Source of the DNA: Bugula neritina
Taxonomy: Eukaryota; Animalia; Bryozoa
Direction of reading: 5' to 3'
DNA length: 64,000 nt
Assembly (NCBI GenBank): GCA_964035545.1
Contig: OZ037772.1
Location: 6,060,889-6,124,888 of the forward strand
The translations under genes were made by a program, and so were the position numbers. The notes under the pieces were generated by a model. It did not search any database. It had not been told where the DNA came from and was given only the letters and a program-made list of their open reading frames with translations. Of the stretch, positions 26,800 through 40,152 are shown piece after piece. The first letter of the stretch is position 1, and each line of letters opens with the position of its first letter.

Positions 26800-27867
26800 T
26801 CTCTTCAAGGATTGTATTATTTCTATATAAACAGCTGAGCACAATCCTAGCAAAGCTGGCTACACACTACTGTTAACTAGCTTTGAGTCTATGACTTTCA
26901 TCACTTTTAAATTCACATAATGAATAATGACTATGAACAACAATAGAAGCATTGTCAGCTAACTTTGGGCAACCGTCAAGAGTGATTGATTGAAGATTGC
27001 TTGCATGCTATTATTGTCAGATTGCAGTCATTTTAACTGCATTTACACAATGGCTAAAAACAAACTATGTTGTGAATTTGTGCTATTCATTATAGTTGTG
27101 AGTATTGAAAACTGAGTGCTGATAGACAACCAATGTAGAGTATCGAGTATAGATAGCGTTTAATTAGTACGAATGATACAAGAGTGAATAAAATAACATG
27201 AGTGAGAATAACTATGTAACTTGACAATATTTACGCAACAACTTAACTAGACAAGCACTCCTATTCAACCAGTGCAAGCTGCTAATGGTCATATAATCAT
27301 TAGCTTGATCTGGATTGGTCGATCTTATCCAATACCGCGGGAGAGAGCATAGTAGCGCATGTGGGTATTAAGATGCGGTGTACGTAATGATTGAAGATGA
27401 TTACAATGCTAAGGTAGCAGAATGAAGTACTAAAGTTGTAACTTCTGATGCACCATAATTTTTTTACAACTGGTGCTAGCTAGAAATGATTTCCGTACAT
27501 ATGCACATGTTGCTTTCATTCTTAGCAATATTTCTCTTCCTTTTGTTTCAAAAAGTTGGATATACTTTTGAACTGAATGTTTGTATATTATTAGCTGAGA
27601 CAGTACCCTTGACATTGCCTGATTCTTAGGAAGTCACACAAATGCTTTTGATTGACATAAGAAAGAAGGTTGCCAAGACAGCAAAGCTGTAACTAACTTG
27701 CTGCAACCATAATGAGTTTAAAATAAAAATTGTAAACCAAAGCCAATCAGGCCGCTGACTGAGTTATTCAATATTCCCAGTATCACTTTTTTCTAAAACT
27801 CTGATCTAATTATAGCTTGTAGTCATATTGCCAGCTCACAAAAGGTTATATCATGCACGTGCAATGT

Positions 27868-27968
27868 TTCCAGCTGTGAAATAATTTTGACCCCACTGCA
27901 TGGGAATCAACCCGAGACCTCTGGCTTGCAAGCAAGTGTGCTAACCATTACAGCACGGGGAACACTGG
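27868..27968 (-). mobile_element. tRNA-derived SINE fragment (family B)
   Basis: Minus strand CCCGTGCTGTAATGGTTAGCACACTTGCTTGCAAGCCAGAGGTCTCGGGTTGATTCCC is tRNA-like, with no intact acceptor stem; homologous to 17485-17585. Confidence 0.6.
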
Positions 27969-28139
27969 GTGAACTCAACACTACACTAGCATGTAGAGTT
28001 AGCAAGCCATAACTTGAAACAAGCCAGATGAGTACCAATAAATTAGAAAATGTTTGAACTAATATTATTTTTTGCAAAGTCTGTTTTAACTAATAGAACA
28101 CCTGTGCATGGTTGAATTGTAAAATTGAACTACATTTCA

Positions 28140-28300
28140 AAGACTCCTGCAATGGATGTAAACTTTAATAGCAGCTCCCTCTGGTGGGAATTCTTACTCA
28201 TCTTTTGAGTCATGGATAATCTGGATGGTGCAGCTTTTTCCAAATGTGGACTTTGCTATTGGAGTTATCTGCTTTTTAGTGAAACACCAGACTAATGATG
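28140..28300 (-). pseudogene. Orphan last exon of a second GNMT-like paralogue
   Basis: Translates FTKKQITPIAKSTFGKSCTIQIIHDSKDE*EFPPEGAAIKVY versus FTREQITSLAKSTFGENCKIQILHDLKDESECPPEGAAIITY; TCA-to-TAA nonsense change; no upstream exons found. Confidence 0.85.
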
Positions 28301-28319
28301 CCCGTATGCTCATTACAAC

Positions 28320-28700
28320 CCAAAACACAGTCGCAGTATAATATTCTTTAAATGCAACAACTATACTTTTTATAGAAATCTTTAAACATGTTTTATGTGC
28401 AATGAAATACATGAACAAATAGGAAAATTCATAAAAAAAAAACTCAAAATGTTGAATGGCAAAGCGGCTGAGACTTGATGCATGCAAAAAAGATATATAG
28501 ATTACACTTTCTTTTGCAAAAATAAACAAAAGGACATGGGGAGAAAAATCAGAAAATCTAAAAGTCACGGTCAAAATGATTGTGGGAGACACCATGTGTG
28601 TAACAAATTTCTTTATGAAAAATTGCAAACAGGAGGCCTGATGATCGTAGCTAGCACTACGTGAAACAATATTGTAGTCAATAATATGAAGATCTAAGTT
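28320..28700 (+). mobile_element. Highly decayed 3' fragment of a Penelope-like element
   Basis: Frameshifted remnants resembling the GIY-YIG C-terminus (KSFKH-like, NVEW, CMQKRYI, CGRHHVCNKFL) immediately followed by a minimal hammerhead. The protein resemblance is weak and read by eye. Confidence 0.45.
28635..28679 (+). ncRNA. Minimal type I hammerhead ribozyme (Penelope type)
   Basis: GGC-CUGAUGA-uCGUAG cuagca CUACGu-GAAA-CAAUAUUG-UA^GUC: intact core, 5-bp stem II, palindromic stem III ACAAUAUUGU, GUA cleavage triplet, 3-bp stem I. Confidence 0.7.
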
Positions 28701-28790
28701 TATTTTTATATCCAAAATTGTATTAGTACCAAATATAAATACTCTATTTTTCGAAATATTGAGTTCTTTTGATTCATTTTTAATTATAGA

Positions 28791-28792
<2 letters not shown>

Positions 28793-28881
<89 letters not shown>

Positions 28882-28897
28882 AATAAATATATATATA
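28793..28897. repeat. (TA)n microsatellite, left flank of the retrozyme-like repeat
   Basis: TA run; the matching right flank is at 59695-59718. Confidence 0.95.
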
Positions 28898-28898
28898 C

Positions 28899-29224
28899 AG
28901 TTTTACTATTGCGAAGGTGTGGGCCATGGTACTCTGTTCTGTGCTGATGGGGGGACAAATCCCGAAACAGCTGCTGTCCACAGATTGAGATATTACGCTC
29001 TCATTTAATGCTCAGCAATGAAATTAAATGATTGAGCACTCTCACCATGGTCACAAACTCAAGCTGCTAGCATTTTGCAATGCTCGTGACTCCTAGGTGA
29101 CCCCTAGAGTCACTTGAGCACTCTGGCTTGGGTTTACACACCTTTTAAATATGCTTTAGTAAAACTATAAGTTTTACTATTGCGAAGGTGTGGGCCATGG
29201 TACTCTGTTCTGTGCTGATGAGGG
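28899..29224 (+). mobile_element. Retrozyme-like 271-bp tandem repeat (one full unit plus a partial unit that resumes at 59657-59695)
   Basis: Unit starts at 28899 and again at 29170 with about 50 identical bases; each unit carries a type I hammerhead; extensive internal self-complementarity. Confidence 0.8.
28932..28989 (+). ncRNA. Type I hammerhead ribozyme, copy 1 (core variant CUGAUGG)
   Basis: Stem I UCUGUG/CACAGA with a distal CUC/GAG pair, CUGAUGg, stem II GGGA caaa UCCC, GAAA, stem III ACAG cug CUGU, GUC cleavage triplet at 28976-28978. The conserved A9 is G, probably impairing activity. Confidence 0.75.
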
Positions 29225-29239
29225 CCCCCAACTAACAAG

Positions 29240-30145
29240 AAACGTTTATACAACCTTTGGATGTGTTGTCAGAAGGTTTTGTTCACAACATTAGAATCAA
29301 ACATTTCCGTTTAACGTTATGGTAATGTTTGATGAATGTTTAAAGTCAACATTTTGGTCAAACATTTAACAAATGTTGGGAAAAGTTGTTGTATAAATGT
29401 ATATCACAACGTTCATTAAATGTTTGACCCAAACGTTGTAACAAAACATCCATTAAACGTTGGTAGAATGTTTCAAAGCAACGTTTGTTCTAAACATGAA
29501 ATTAACGTTATAACCCAACGTTTAATAAATGTATTTTTCAAAGGTTTATTAAGTGTTTGAAAAAAAGGTTGTATTAATGTTGTTTTCAAAACATTCTATC
29601 AACGTTTTGCACAAACTGTTTCAATAAAACATTAATACAACGTTCATACAACATTTCAATACAACGTTTCTTTCAAACGTAACCACAATGTTTTAATTCA
29701 ACGTTCAATAAATGATTTTTACCAAGGTTAATAGAATGTTTAATAAAAAGGTTGGATCAATGTTTTTTCAAAATGTTTTATAAATGTTTTAACTAAATTG
29801 TTTTACTAAACATTTATACAACATTCATAGAACATTTCAAACAACGTTGTTCTGCAAACATAAACATAACGTTTTAACCCAATGTTAAAGAAACGATTGA
29901 TACCAATGTTGTTCAAATGTTTGATAAAATGGTTGCATGAATGTATCTTGAAATGTTGTATAAACCTTTTTTCAAAAAGGTTTTCAAAAAACATCAATAA
30001 AACGTTACTTCAACATTTCAATGCAACGTTTTTTCTCCAATATAAAGTTAATGTAATAAAACAACGTTACTAAAACAGTTTCTCAGTAAGGTTACTAAAA
30101 TGTTTTAAACAAATGTTTCATCAATGTATATTATAAACGTTGTAT
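29240..30145. repeat. Left subterminal array of AACGTT/AACATT/AATGTT motifs
   Basis: Dozens of AACGTT variants at roughly 10-12 bp spacing, many with CpG decay. Confidence 0.85.
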
Positions 30146-33100
30146 AATCTATTTTTACACAACTCAAATATTTAGTTTTGTAGTTGGAGTTGCGGACTCT
30201 CTCTATTTCTACAACTATGCTTATAATTATTTTATAGTGTTATATAAAGTTTGATGTAAAGCAAGAACTTTTGTAATTAGAAACAATAATTTATTAGAGC
30301 AAAGAAGAAGATATCTAAAGTGTTTCCTAATAAAAGTTTGAAACTGAAGGGCAACTTTTTACTGGTTATGGCAAGTTATTTTTATTGATAATTGATGACA
30401 ATATAATGAAGAAATTTGACCTGTTGAGTAGGAAAACTTAGGCTGAAAAAACATAAACAAGTGTATTTATGAAAAAACTAAATAACAAGTTTATTGGGTG
30501 ATCATAAATTTAATTATAGTGGGTTGCATAAAAGCTAGCTTCAAAAGCTATCTAATAGCTTGCTTGACAGCTATATATAGTGATTAAAACAAAACGTTTA
30601 ATAATTTACAAAATATGCTTGCTGCACTTTAAAAAATAACGCTGATGTTAAATTATGCGTTAAATACCGGAGTAGTATTGCGCAATCTATCTCAAGTAAA
30701 AATTCGCTTGATTGGATGAAGTTTTTAAGAGTTGTCTGTTACTGAAAATATGTCTTTTGAAAATTTGTTCAGGTTAGGTTTTGTTGAATCTTAATATTCA
30801 AAATTGAAATTGCACCAGAGTTCTGTAAATAAAATATTGTAATGGACTTGAATGTTATATGTCTGAAATTTAATTAAGTCGAAGTGTAACGTAAGGTTTT
30901 ACTGTGAAATATTTTCCTTTAATTTTGCCTTCCAATGCAACTAGGATAGTGTATATTGGAAATATAACTCCTTATTAAATTATAATTAGGTTTTTACGTG
31001 TGCACGTGTGCATGTGTGCACATGGTTCGTGCATGTGTGCATTTTTGCCTGTTTTGGTGTAAATAAAATTAAAAACAACTCCGTTTTTAAATTTATTGTG
31101 GGAAACTAAGTTGTATTCTTATATCAATTCAAGTCCAATGCTGCCACTTGAGAAATTTTTAAAAAGTAAACAGATTTTTTTTAAATGCAACTATGTACAT
31201 AATAGATACTAGGCATAATTATAGACAGCTTTTTTCTTATGGTAACTTTTAGTCAACAAATAAACTAGAAATTAACCTATTAAAAGCATGAAAATGCCTT
31301 TCCTACTCAACATGAGATTTTCTTTCAAAATTATAAAACAGCGTTAACTGGAATCAATTGATATATATAGCTCTGTTAGGCGGCATCAAGAATTAGGCCA
31401 TCAGTTGTAAAATATGACTATCTACGTGTATCTATTTTATTTAACTAACAGTCATACTTCAACTTGTTTATTATTTTATACAAAATCCATGGTCATATAA
31501 TGCTCATTTAACTACCTTGCACTATACCTTGCTATTTTGAAGATTAAATTTTACAGTTTATTCAAAGCAATTCTTTTGTTAGCAATATAAATATAATATC
31601 TTAAATCTGGAACTTCTTCATTATAAACCAAGATGCAATGTCCATATTGTTGTAAATTTCTGATATCCTCTCTGGTTAGATAAATTATTTTGGCTATAGT
31701 TATATAGATAGGCTAAGAGCACTTGCACCGTTGATATCCTTGGTAAAGCTGTAGGGAGCCAGATTTATATGTTTTTATCCGACTTATTATATAACCTAGG
31801 TGTTTCAAGCAATGCAATATAGGATGTTAAACCAATTAAAATTATACAATCTTTTAAGAGGTATCCTTTCATTTGCTGCATTTACACAGGAAATATGTGA
31901 GCTGGTTTAGAATTTACAAACTTGTAGTATAAATTGCATATTTATATTCGGATTTTGCAATGCAGGTTTTTTAAACTCTATACATCTGCACTGCAGAATA
32001 CACCAGTGCACTGCTTTTCTTTTAAACTCTGAATGAATAAAATTTATATCCTCCAAAACATGTGCCAGCCCTTCATCTGTAATGCAAACTCATCCTGAAC
32101 TTTTTGCCAGTTGTATAAAGTCAATCAAAATTGTATCCCTCAAACAAGATCCAAACAGATTTGCCGACATATAAAATCAAAATTCACCAAAAACACATTA
32201 TAGTGTCTATAATATTTTTATGCTCTCAATTTTAACCTTTATAATAAGATTTTATCTCAACTTCAAAACATGTTTATTTTTAACAATATTGGCCTATAAA
32301 CTCTGAAGAACATGTAATTTCAATACTCGACAAAATATTACTTCTCAAAACATTGAAGACACCCTGAGATTCTACTGCCTTAGAACCTTTTTGACTTTTA
32401 GTTGTAACTTTTGTAGATTATAAATATTATCGATTAATATATTCTGTCATCGCAGATATAGATGGTTCCCATTTATTAAAGATGCTATGCTAAATTTCCT
32501 ACTTGAATCTATCTTACTTGGACACTATTTGTTTATTTTTGTACAATAATATATTTTATTCTATATTTATTTGAATAATATTAAAATATATCATAGTTAA
32601 ATAAAGTTGGATCAATTGTTTGTTATATCTACAGTATATATTTTCCTAGAATGTTGTTTAGAGACATAAAAAAACTGCCTATGCACAACATACTTTGCAT
32701 CTGTTTAGTATCTCGTAATTAGACATAAAAAAATCAAAGCCAATTATAAGGCAAAATACCATAATACTGTACTATCATTGGATAGTTCTTCATCAATAAA
32801 CAGGTAGTCGCCAGTGGTGGATATGAACCCCTCCTAGATGTTTCTCGTACTTTTTCCTCAAAAAACATTTTCATTAAGCCAAAAAGAAATAACAACACAC
32901 CTTTTTAGTTGACACTTTTTAATTTCTGACTGATATTTCACCTTATTTCCAATTATAATTAACTTTTACCCGGCACTTTTCTTTGTAGTAATTCCTACCC
33001 TTTAGACTGTGTACTTTGAAATGAGTCTGTTTTACTCGTTACATAAAGTATAGTTGCACTGGCTACAGGTTGACACAAAAGCAAGCCTATCTTGATAAAA

Positions 33101-36100
33101 TCATGCGCAAATGTAGAAACTACCGAGGAGTTTGTTCCTCATAATTAGAAATTGACAAATTATTTTTAATCCGTTTAAAAGCATCTGGTTAGGGAAGCAT
33201 ATGCCGTGTTCAATTTGTTATTCTAGCATTAACAATAACAGAATGCAATAATTATAAGTTTATGAAAGTAATTTGTTTTTTTTCTAATTACAAATATAAT
33301 ATTTTAGTATATATTGTAAATTTATAAGGCTTGCATTAGGAATAACGCAGCTAAAACATCATTTTCCTTAAAGTCTTAAAAATATATAAGTATAACATAA
33401 TACACTATGCCAATAAACTTATTAAAGTACCAAGCAAGCTTAGCTAGTTTAAGAAAAATTACACTAGGTAAATTCCCATTATTTATAGAATGCTTGCTGA
33501 TATTAGCTTTTGATGTAATTAAAGTAAATTATTATTTATCTTTCTAGCTAAGGATTTCTTGCCGTAAGTTTTGCTTTTATGCATGGAGAAATGTCGTAAC
33601 AAACGAGTTAAATTTTTATAGCACATAAAAATGTAATCTATAAGTCGAAGATATTTAAACTTAGCCATTAACTCATTTTAATTAGCAATGTAGCCTAAAT
33701 CTAATACAATACAAAATATATACCAGTATATATAATATATTTTTACCATGCTGTTAATTACAGTATTTGTAAAACAAATTTTATGCTCATTAATTAAATG
33801 CAACAAATATTTATAAAATACTAATAATGTTGAATAAATAAATTCAATAATTCCTTTTCTATTTAAATGGCTGCATAATTTCTTGCAAGGTTGTATAAAG
33901 GAGTTGTGGCCTACAACTTATTATGTGTTCAATTGCCACATATGTCTTAGGAAGAAGAAAACTCCACAAAAATTCTTGGTTTGAAAATTCTAGTATAATT
34001 AAAATCACTTAATATATGTCTTTGAAATGCATTTTGCCACTCTGCAAAATTGCAGGAACAAATATTGCATGAAGTAATAAATGATTTATGAAGTAATTAA
34101 CAAACCAATGTAAAAACTGTTGTTGTATATAGAACACAACATATTGATTTTCTTCGATTTCCACATCAAATCTATATATTCAATTATATCTAACCAATGC
34201 TAATAAACTAAACATGCATGCATACAAATATTTGCATCATATGCAAGTAATATTAGCTAATTAGCAACTATAGCATTTTTTTCATTATCTTTATTGCTTG
34301 CATATGTCTAAGTATTATTAAAATAAGGTTTTTATTTGCAACTTTGCACCACAAATTACATAAAATCTAAAAACTTGAGTTGTGACATGCATAGGGCTAC
34401 CTATACACAAATAGACCTTCATAAAACTCTCAATGATTTTATTCAACTCATGTATGCAAAAGTTTTGCATTAAAACAATTCTTCTAAATCACCCTAGAGC
34501 AGGAAATTATTACAAAAACAGCTTCTCATATATAATCTTTCTCCAGATTAATTTTTTTTCCTGTATTCAAACTAACTTTGCAAGTGAAGATTGTGATATC
34601 ACTCAGGTAATCACATATATATTATTCATAGCTGTAATACTTTAGCAATGAATAGATCATGTTTAATTTCCACTCTACCTAGCAGTTTTTCAGAATTATA
34701 GAGCTATGTATATCATGAAATTGGAATAGCCTAATAGTTTTACATGTGTTTATAGCTAGACAAATTAACTTAAAAAGCTTACAATAATTAGATGATATTT
34801 GCATTCTTTTGAAGGTTATGGTGAAGCTACTGCAAAACTGGCCATTAGTTTAGCATAATATGCAATGCCACGCAAAAGCATGCCAAACAAGCAATGTTTA
34901 TTTACCTTACCAGTGCAATTTTATCACCTTAAACACAAAAGCAAGTATAAAATACACATCCATATTAGATTAACTGTCAAGTTAAAAAAAGACAACATAT
35001 ATTCATGAGCTGGTTCTGTTTGCACAAGTACAATTTAGACCAGCTTATTATTTAGATTGCCACAAAAATATGACATAAAATATGTCTTTAATCATTATTT
35101 TGATAGTCACTGGTTGAAGATATTTTTTATATCCTAATATGTAAATATTGTACATAAATCTTAAAAATTAACTAGGTGAATAAGGAAAACTGCTAATTTT
35201 ATGAAACTGTTATGTTAATAAAGACAATGGCTATCAACAAATCCCACCAGACCACAAACTAATTGTAAATACTAAAGCAATTATATAGTGCTATGTGTTG
35301 ATCTAGCCTAGTCAATACACCACAAATATGTATTATGACATACCACATTTTAAGTACTGGGTTACCATTTATTCTAATGGGTATTTGTTTAAACTGTTAT
35401 ATACAGCTTTTTGCGCTACCAATATACAAGCCAGTTGTTATTCTGTCACTTTTTATCTACATCTCTTTTTAATGCCAGTTACTTGTTAGCTTCAGTACAA
35501 ACAGCTAAACATTCTACTCTACAGCCAATCTTACTGTTAACTCTTGTTTAACAATATTACAAGAATCTAAAAATTTGAGTGTGTTTTAAGTATAATATTC
35601 TATCATTATAACTTTTAAATGAAACAATAATATGATAAATGCATTATAACTTTCTGAAAAGTTTTTTTGCAAAGTATATGTTTTTGGGAAATAGTTTTAC
35701 AACATTTGCTAGGAGCATTATATTTATTCCTATCTAAAATAATTTTGTTTGAACTGCTATGTTTGTAATCATGTAATCAGAAGTAAAGCATCAGTAAAAT
35801 GAGTATAAGTAGAAGCTTGACAGCTACATTAGGCATTGCTACATAGTACATAAATATATGGCCGTATTAAATACTTAGCTGCATTCACAGATAAATGCAT
35901 GGCTTGGAATTACAATACCATGAATACATTATTTATTTAGCTGGGTAACTATACAATTATGCCAAAGTGATTATTAATTGGTTATTAATGCCTGAAATGT
36001 CTAACAATCTACTTGGGAGACCACCTTGTTGTTACAGAGTGAATGAGTTATTTGTTTGGCATTTGGATGATGGCACAAAGAAAGGCTATTTGGTTTGTTA

Positions 36101-37691
36101 CTTGAGACTAGTAGCAAACTGCTACAGTCATAGCATCTTAGAAGATTTTGCATCACTTGCTAGAATTGTACATTATTTTAATGTAGCTATTGAAATTAAT
36201 ATCGCACTGAAAACACAGTATTGCAAAATCTTAAGCTGTACATAATTATATTATGCATCAAAAAGTACTTCTGCTATTCGACTATCCCAGGTTTATTTTA
36301 AACTAGCACTGCCAAAGTGCCTTGACTCTATTACAGTGTTTACTAGCTAATTTTGTTCTTCTCAATAGTGAAATAGATCTATTGCAAGAAATTAATGACT
36401 AGATATAACAATAATGATTTTTAGGCAAGACTTTCGCATCTATATTGCTCATCTGTTAGCTTGAAATACCCCTCTCCTTGGACTAATCTCAGGCTTTTCA
36501 TTGTTGTTTAAACAGTTTTTAAACTCCTATTTCAATAAATCATTACCAACACTGCCTGCATGTATTAATATTCATTAGTGCCATCAATGCACTGTGGAGA
36601 CAGCACCTGATGTTCTGTATATTACATTATAGTACAGAGATACTAAATCCAAAATATCTAAAATAATTGATGCTTCTACCAGATTTTTAGCACACCTATA
36701 ATATGTATTCCTGTAGTAAATATTAATAAGATGTTTTAACTGATAGTTTTTATGCCATTATAATAGTTTGATACTATAACTACAACTTGAAACTCTTTAA
36801 CCAGCACATTGGTTAGTAATATTGCTTCTTGATATTTAATTGCTGGTTCACAAACTATCAATAATAGGGATGCATATCAAAACTTGACTGCATTCATAAT
36901 ATGATTTTAATGCTAAGTAATGACTAAGCATGTCTGGCTGATATGAGGTGACTATTTTGTACACTGTTTAACAACATCAGCTTTTTGGGTTCATTTAAAG
37001 CATCTGCAAATCTGTATTATACATAATTACTGTTAGGGCCAATTAATTAAATTGTTAACCCTGAAATGCTTTTTACACTGTAATACTAAGTAGTAAAAGA
37101 TATGTATATATATATAAACTGATTGTAATTTATACATAACATTGTACATTTAAAAAAAATCACAAAATACATAATTTATTAGCTAAATTTCAAGGCGTTT
37201 TGTAGGTAGTGGGTTAATGTCAATAAAGTAGAATCCGGGAAGTTGAGTAGCTTTATTCAAGAGGAAGGCTCTCCAACAGTTCTACCAAAGCCTAAATAAC
37301 ATGTATAAAATAAAGGTTATATGCACAATTTTTTTTCCAAAACAGCCTGCAACTGTTTTGCTATTGCATATGCCCTATGCCATTCATCAAGTAGAACAAT
37401 TTTAACCAGGATATCTAGAAAAGTTGACACAAGGGCTTTATAAACTATATAACAGTAAAACTGTGAGTAGAAATTAATTGACACTAATGAATAATGCTTT
37501 AGGTGCTGGCAACAACCATAAAAGAAAAGTTATATAACAAACAAATAGAAAAAGCACTAAACAAATCAACAGCATTATATACAATTGGGGCACATACATG
37601 AAAACAGCAGCTAGTGTCATTTTCTTAAGACAGCACTATTTTAGGTATAAATTTAAGAAGTATTAGAAAATGCAGAAATTTACTGCAATTG

Positions 37692-38090
37692 GTTCATTTT
37701 ATTTAAGTTAGTACATACTGAAGATCTCAAGTTTTTGCTAATGAACATGAGTTTTGGCCCGAAACTAAAAAATATCAATAAATACACCTAAATAATCAAG
37801 GCTCTTTTTAATTTTCTTTGATTTCCTATGCTTTTTTCTAATTACAGCAACTTCTGACTGGGGATCGCCACGGTTAGTTCGTAACAGTAGGCAATCCAAA
37901 TGAAATGAATAAATAGGAAAAAACATGAGAAATCATGCAAAATTAAGAAGAACCTTGATTATTTAGGTGTATTTCTTGATGTCTCATTAGTGCACTAATT
38001 TTAAGCAAAAAGCATTGTTCATTAGCAGCTAAAATGTAAAAATGGCTAAAAACTGCAGATTTCCAGTGTGTACTAAATTAAATAAAAGGA
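37692..38090. mobile_element. Foldback MITE-like element with ~150-bp inverted arms
   Basis: AAATACACCTAAATAATCAAGG (37780) pairs with CCTTGATTATTTAGGTGTATTT (37953); outer arms TTTATTTAAGTTAGTACATACTG and CAGTGTGTACTAAATTAAATAAA. Confidence 0.7.
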
Positions 38091-40152
38091 CTCAATCACC
38101 TTTGCAACATAATTCAATAATTGCATGGTCAAGCAGAATAAACTACAATTAACAGCAACAACAGTGTAATAGTTGCGTAGAAAAGTTGTACTGCAAAAAA
38201 CTAAAAGAATGCAAAATCTATAAATGTGTGCTACCAAGTAAATGCTGAACAGACATCATGAAATAGTGTACGAAATACAAACTATTAAACTTACCTGTTG
38301 ATCTAATGCAGCCAAAACCTTAAGCTTAGAGTAGTGGAATGGTGCTGTTCGATGTTGATATGCTACAAGTAACTAAGATGACTCAAATTCTTGCCTTTAG
38401 GAGTAAGAGGCCTCAGCTCAGTTTCAACAAAACTTCCAATAATCTCAACGGATGCGCTCAATTAGGAGCCACAACAAAGCACACCCATGTCATTTTAGTA
38501 AACTCTAAAAAATGAACGGAAATAAAACTGTTAGAGAGTAAACAGAGAAACATATAGTGATGGGGGAAAAACCTGTCAGCAAAGGTTATATACACTCATA
38601 GTCATAACACGAAGAAAAAGATAATGAATAACAAGCTATTCAAGATGACACAAGAAACCAAACAAATTTCTTTGACTAAAAAATATAATTAAATACTATA
38701 TTACTTGGCAAAAAATATTTGTTTTGAACAACGTATTATTGGGAAGAATTGCCAGTGTCTCAAATTTTGAGATTAAAGTTTCTGCCTTATAGCGGAAATA
38801 GAGAGGCAATCAATAGTGTACAAAACATGTTTTCAGTCATTGGCTGTTGACTAAATTGACAAAGGTAAAGAAAGCTTCCATATCATTATTTATTTTGTTC
38901 TCAAGTGTGTGGTTACAGTTTCATGAGTCAGAAATATAATTATTTGAGATATGAAATCAAGTGTAGTCAAAAGAGTGTCATACAATTTAAAATGTAGTAA
39001 TAGAGCTTTGACAATAATTTCTTCTGCTAAGTAAAACAGGTACCATTATGTGCTACTTATCTTTTAGAGATGAACATCAAGGATGTTGAAAACAAAATAG
39101 TTGTAAATTACAGCAAATACCTTTCTACTTACCTAACCAGAGAAAATAAGTTTTCAACCTTGCATGCACTCAGCTGGTTTTCAATGTTTGGATCAGTGAC
39201 ATCTTTATAACTGATAGCAGCATTATGTGATAGCTTTAGGAATTGTTACCTTAAATCTAAATTATATAGAACAAGAAGTGCAAAAATATGGCATTAGTAC
39301 TCATTGCACAATACACACTTGCTAGAGTAGCTAATCTAGCATCACATTAATTTAAGAAAGACAAAATTTTATTACTGTTCACAAATGATGAATATTAAAA
39401 TTTGAATAATTAGACAAATTAACAATGATATTGATGTTAGTTCAAACATTACTAATGGTAAACACCAAAATACTAATAGGAATAGTCATGTTAACATCAA
39501 TTAGAAAAGTAAAGATAATTTGAAAATGAGACAGTTTATAGGTCTAACTCTTATAGTTGACAAGCAATTACAGGGCAGTCATATTGATGTAGGCTACCCT
39601 CAAAATGTAGCACTTTAAAAATATTAAAAAGACAGCACATATAAGAACATAATCTTAAAAATAGGCATATGTGACACCTATATTTTGATTAACAAAGAAA
39701 TCTTCTTTACTTTATTAATCTAGCTCATATAATGGTATTCTGTCTTAGTATGTTATTTTAATACTTGAAATCTAATCAGCTACAGAAAAGTACTTCAATT
39801 CAAAGGCCTTCATAATTATTCTTTAGTTTGCTATTTAAATAGACAGTAAGGTTGATGAATAAAATAAAAGTTAGTAAAGTAAAAACTAAATAAATTGAGA
39901 ATAATATCTCCACTCTAAGGTTATAATCATTATAAATTAACATTTTAATACTCCTGTTATCCTTAGGTATAGTTGTTAGCAATTTAAGTATGAGCTCGAA
40001 GCCAAATGTCAGTATCAACATCCCCATTACATTGACTAAGACTGACTTTATAACCCTCAAGCTGTGGCACTCAATTTCTATAAGTAGTAACTAATAACAA
40101 ATATAAAATTATTTATTTGCTACTGATAGTGATAATAATTAAAAATAATAAT

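Noticed and set aside
27868-27968. Functional tRNA-Ala gene
   Set aside because: Acceptor and T stems do not pair, and a diverged homologue with shared flanks at 17485 indicates a SINE.
28194-28958. 254-aa ORF, the longest in the track
   Set aside because: Chance fusion of retrozyme antisense, (TA)n, Penelope-relic antisense and the GNMT-like pseudo-exon.
28899-29167. MITE defined by 10-bp inverted ends AGTTTTACTA/TAGTAAAACT
   Set aside because: Tandem unit-plus-partial layout, hammerheads and whole-unit pairing fit an RNA-derived retrozyme better.
31300-33250. Transposase ORF of the giant element
   Set aside because: Hand translation of sampled minus-strand stretches gave frequent stops and no recognisable EnSpm motifs; a profile search is needed before any call.
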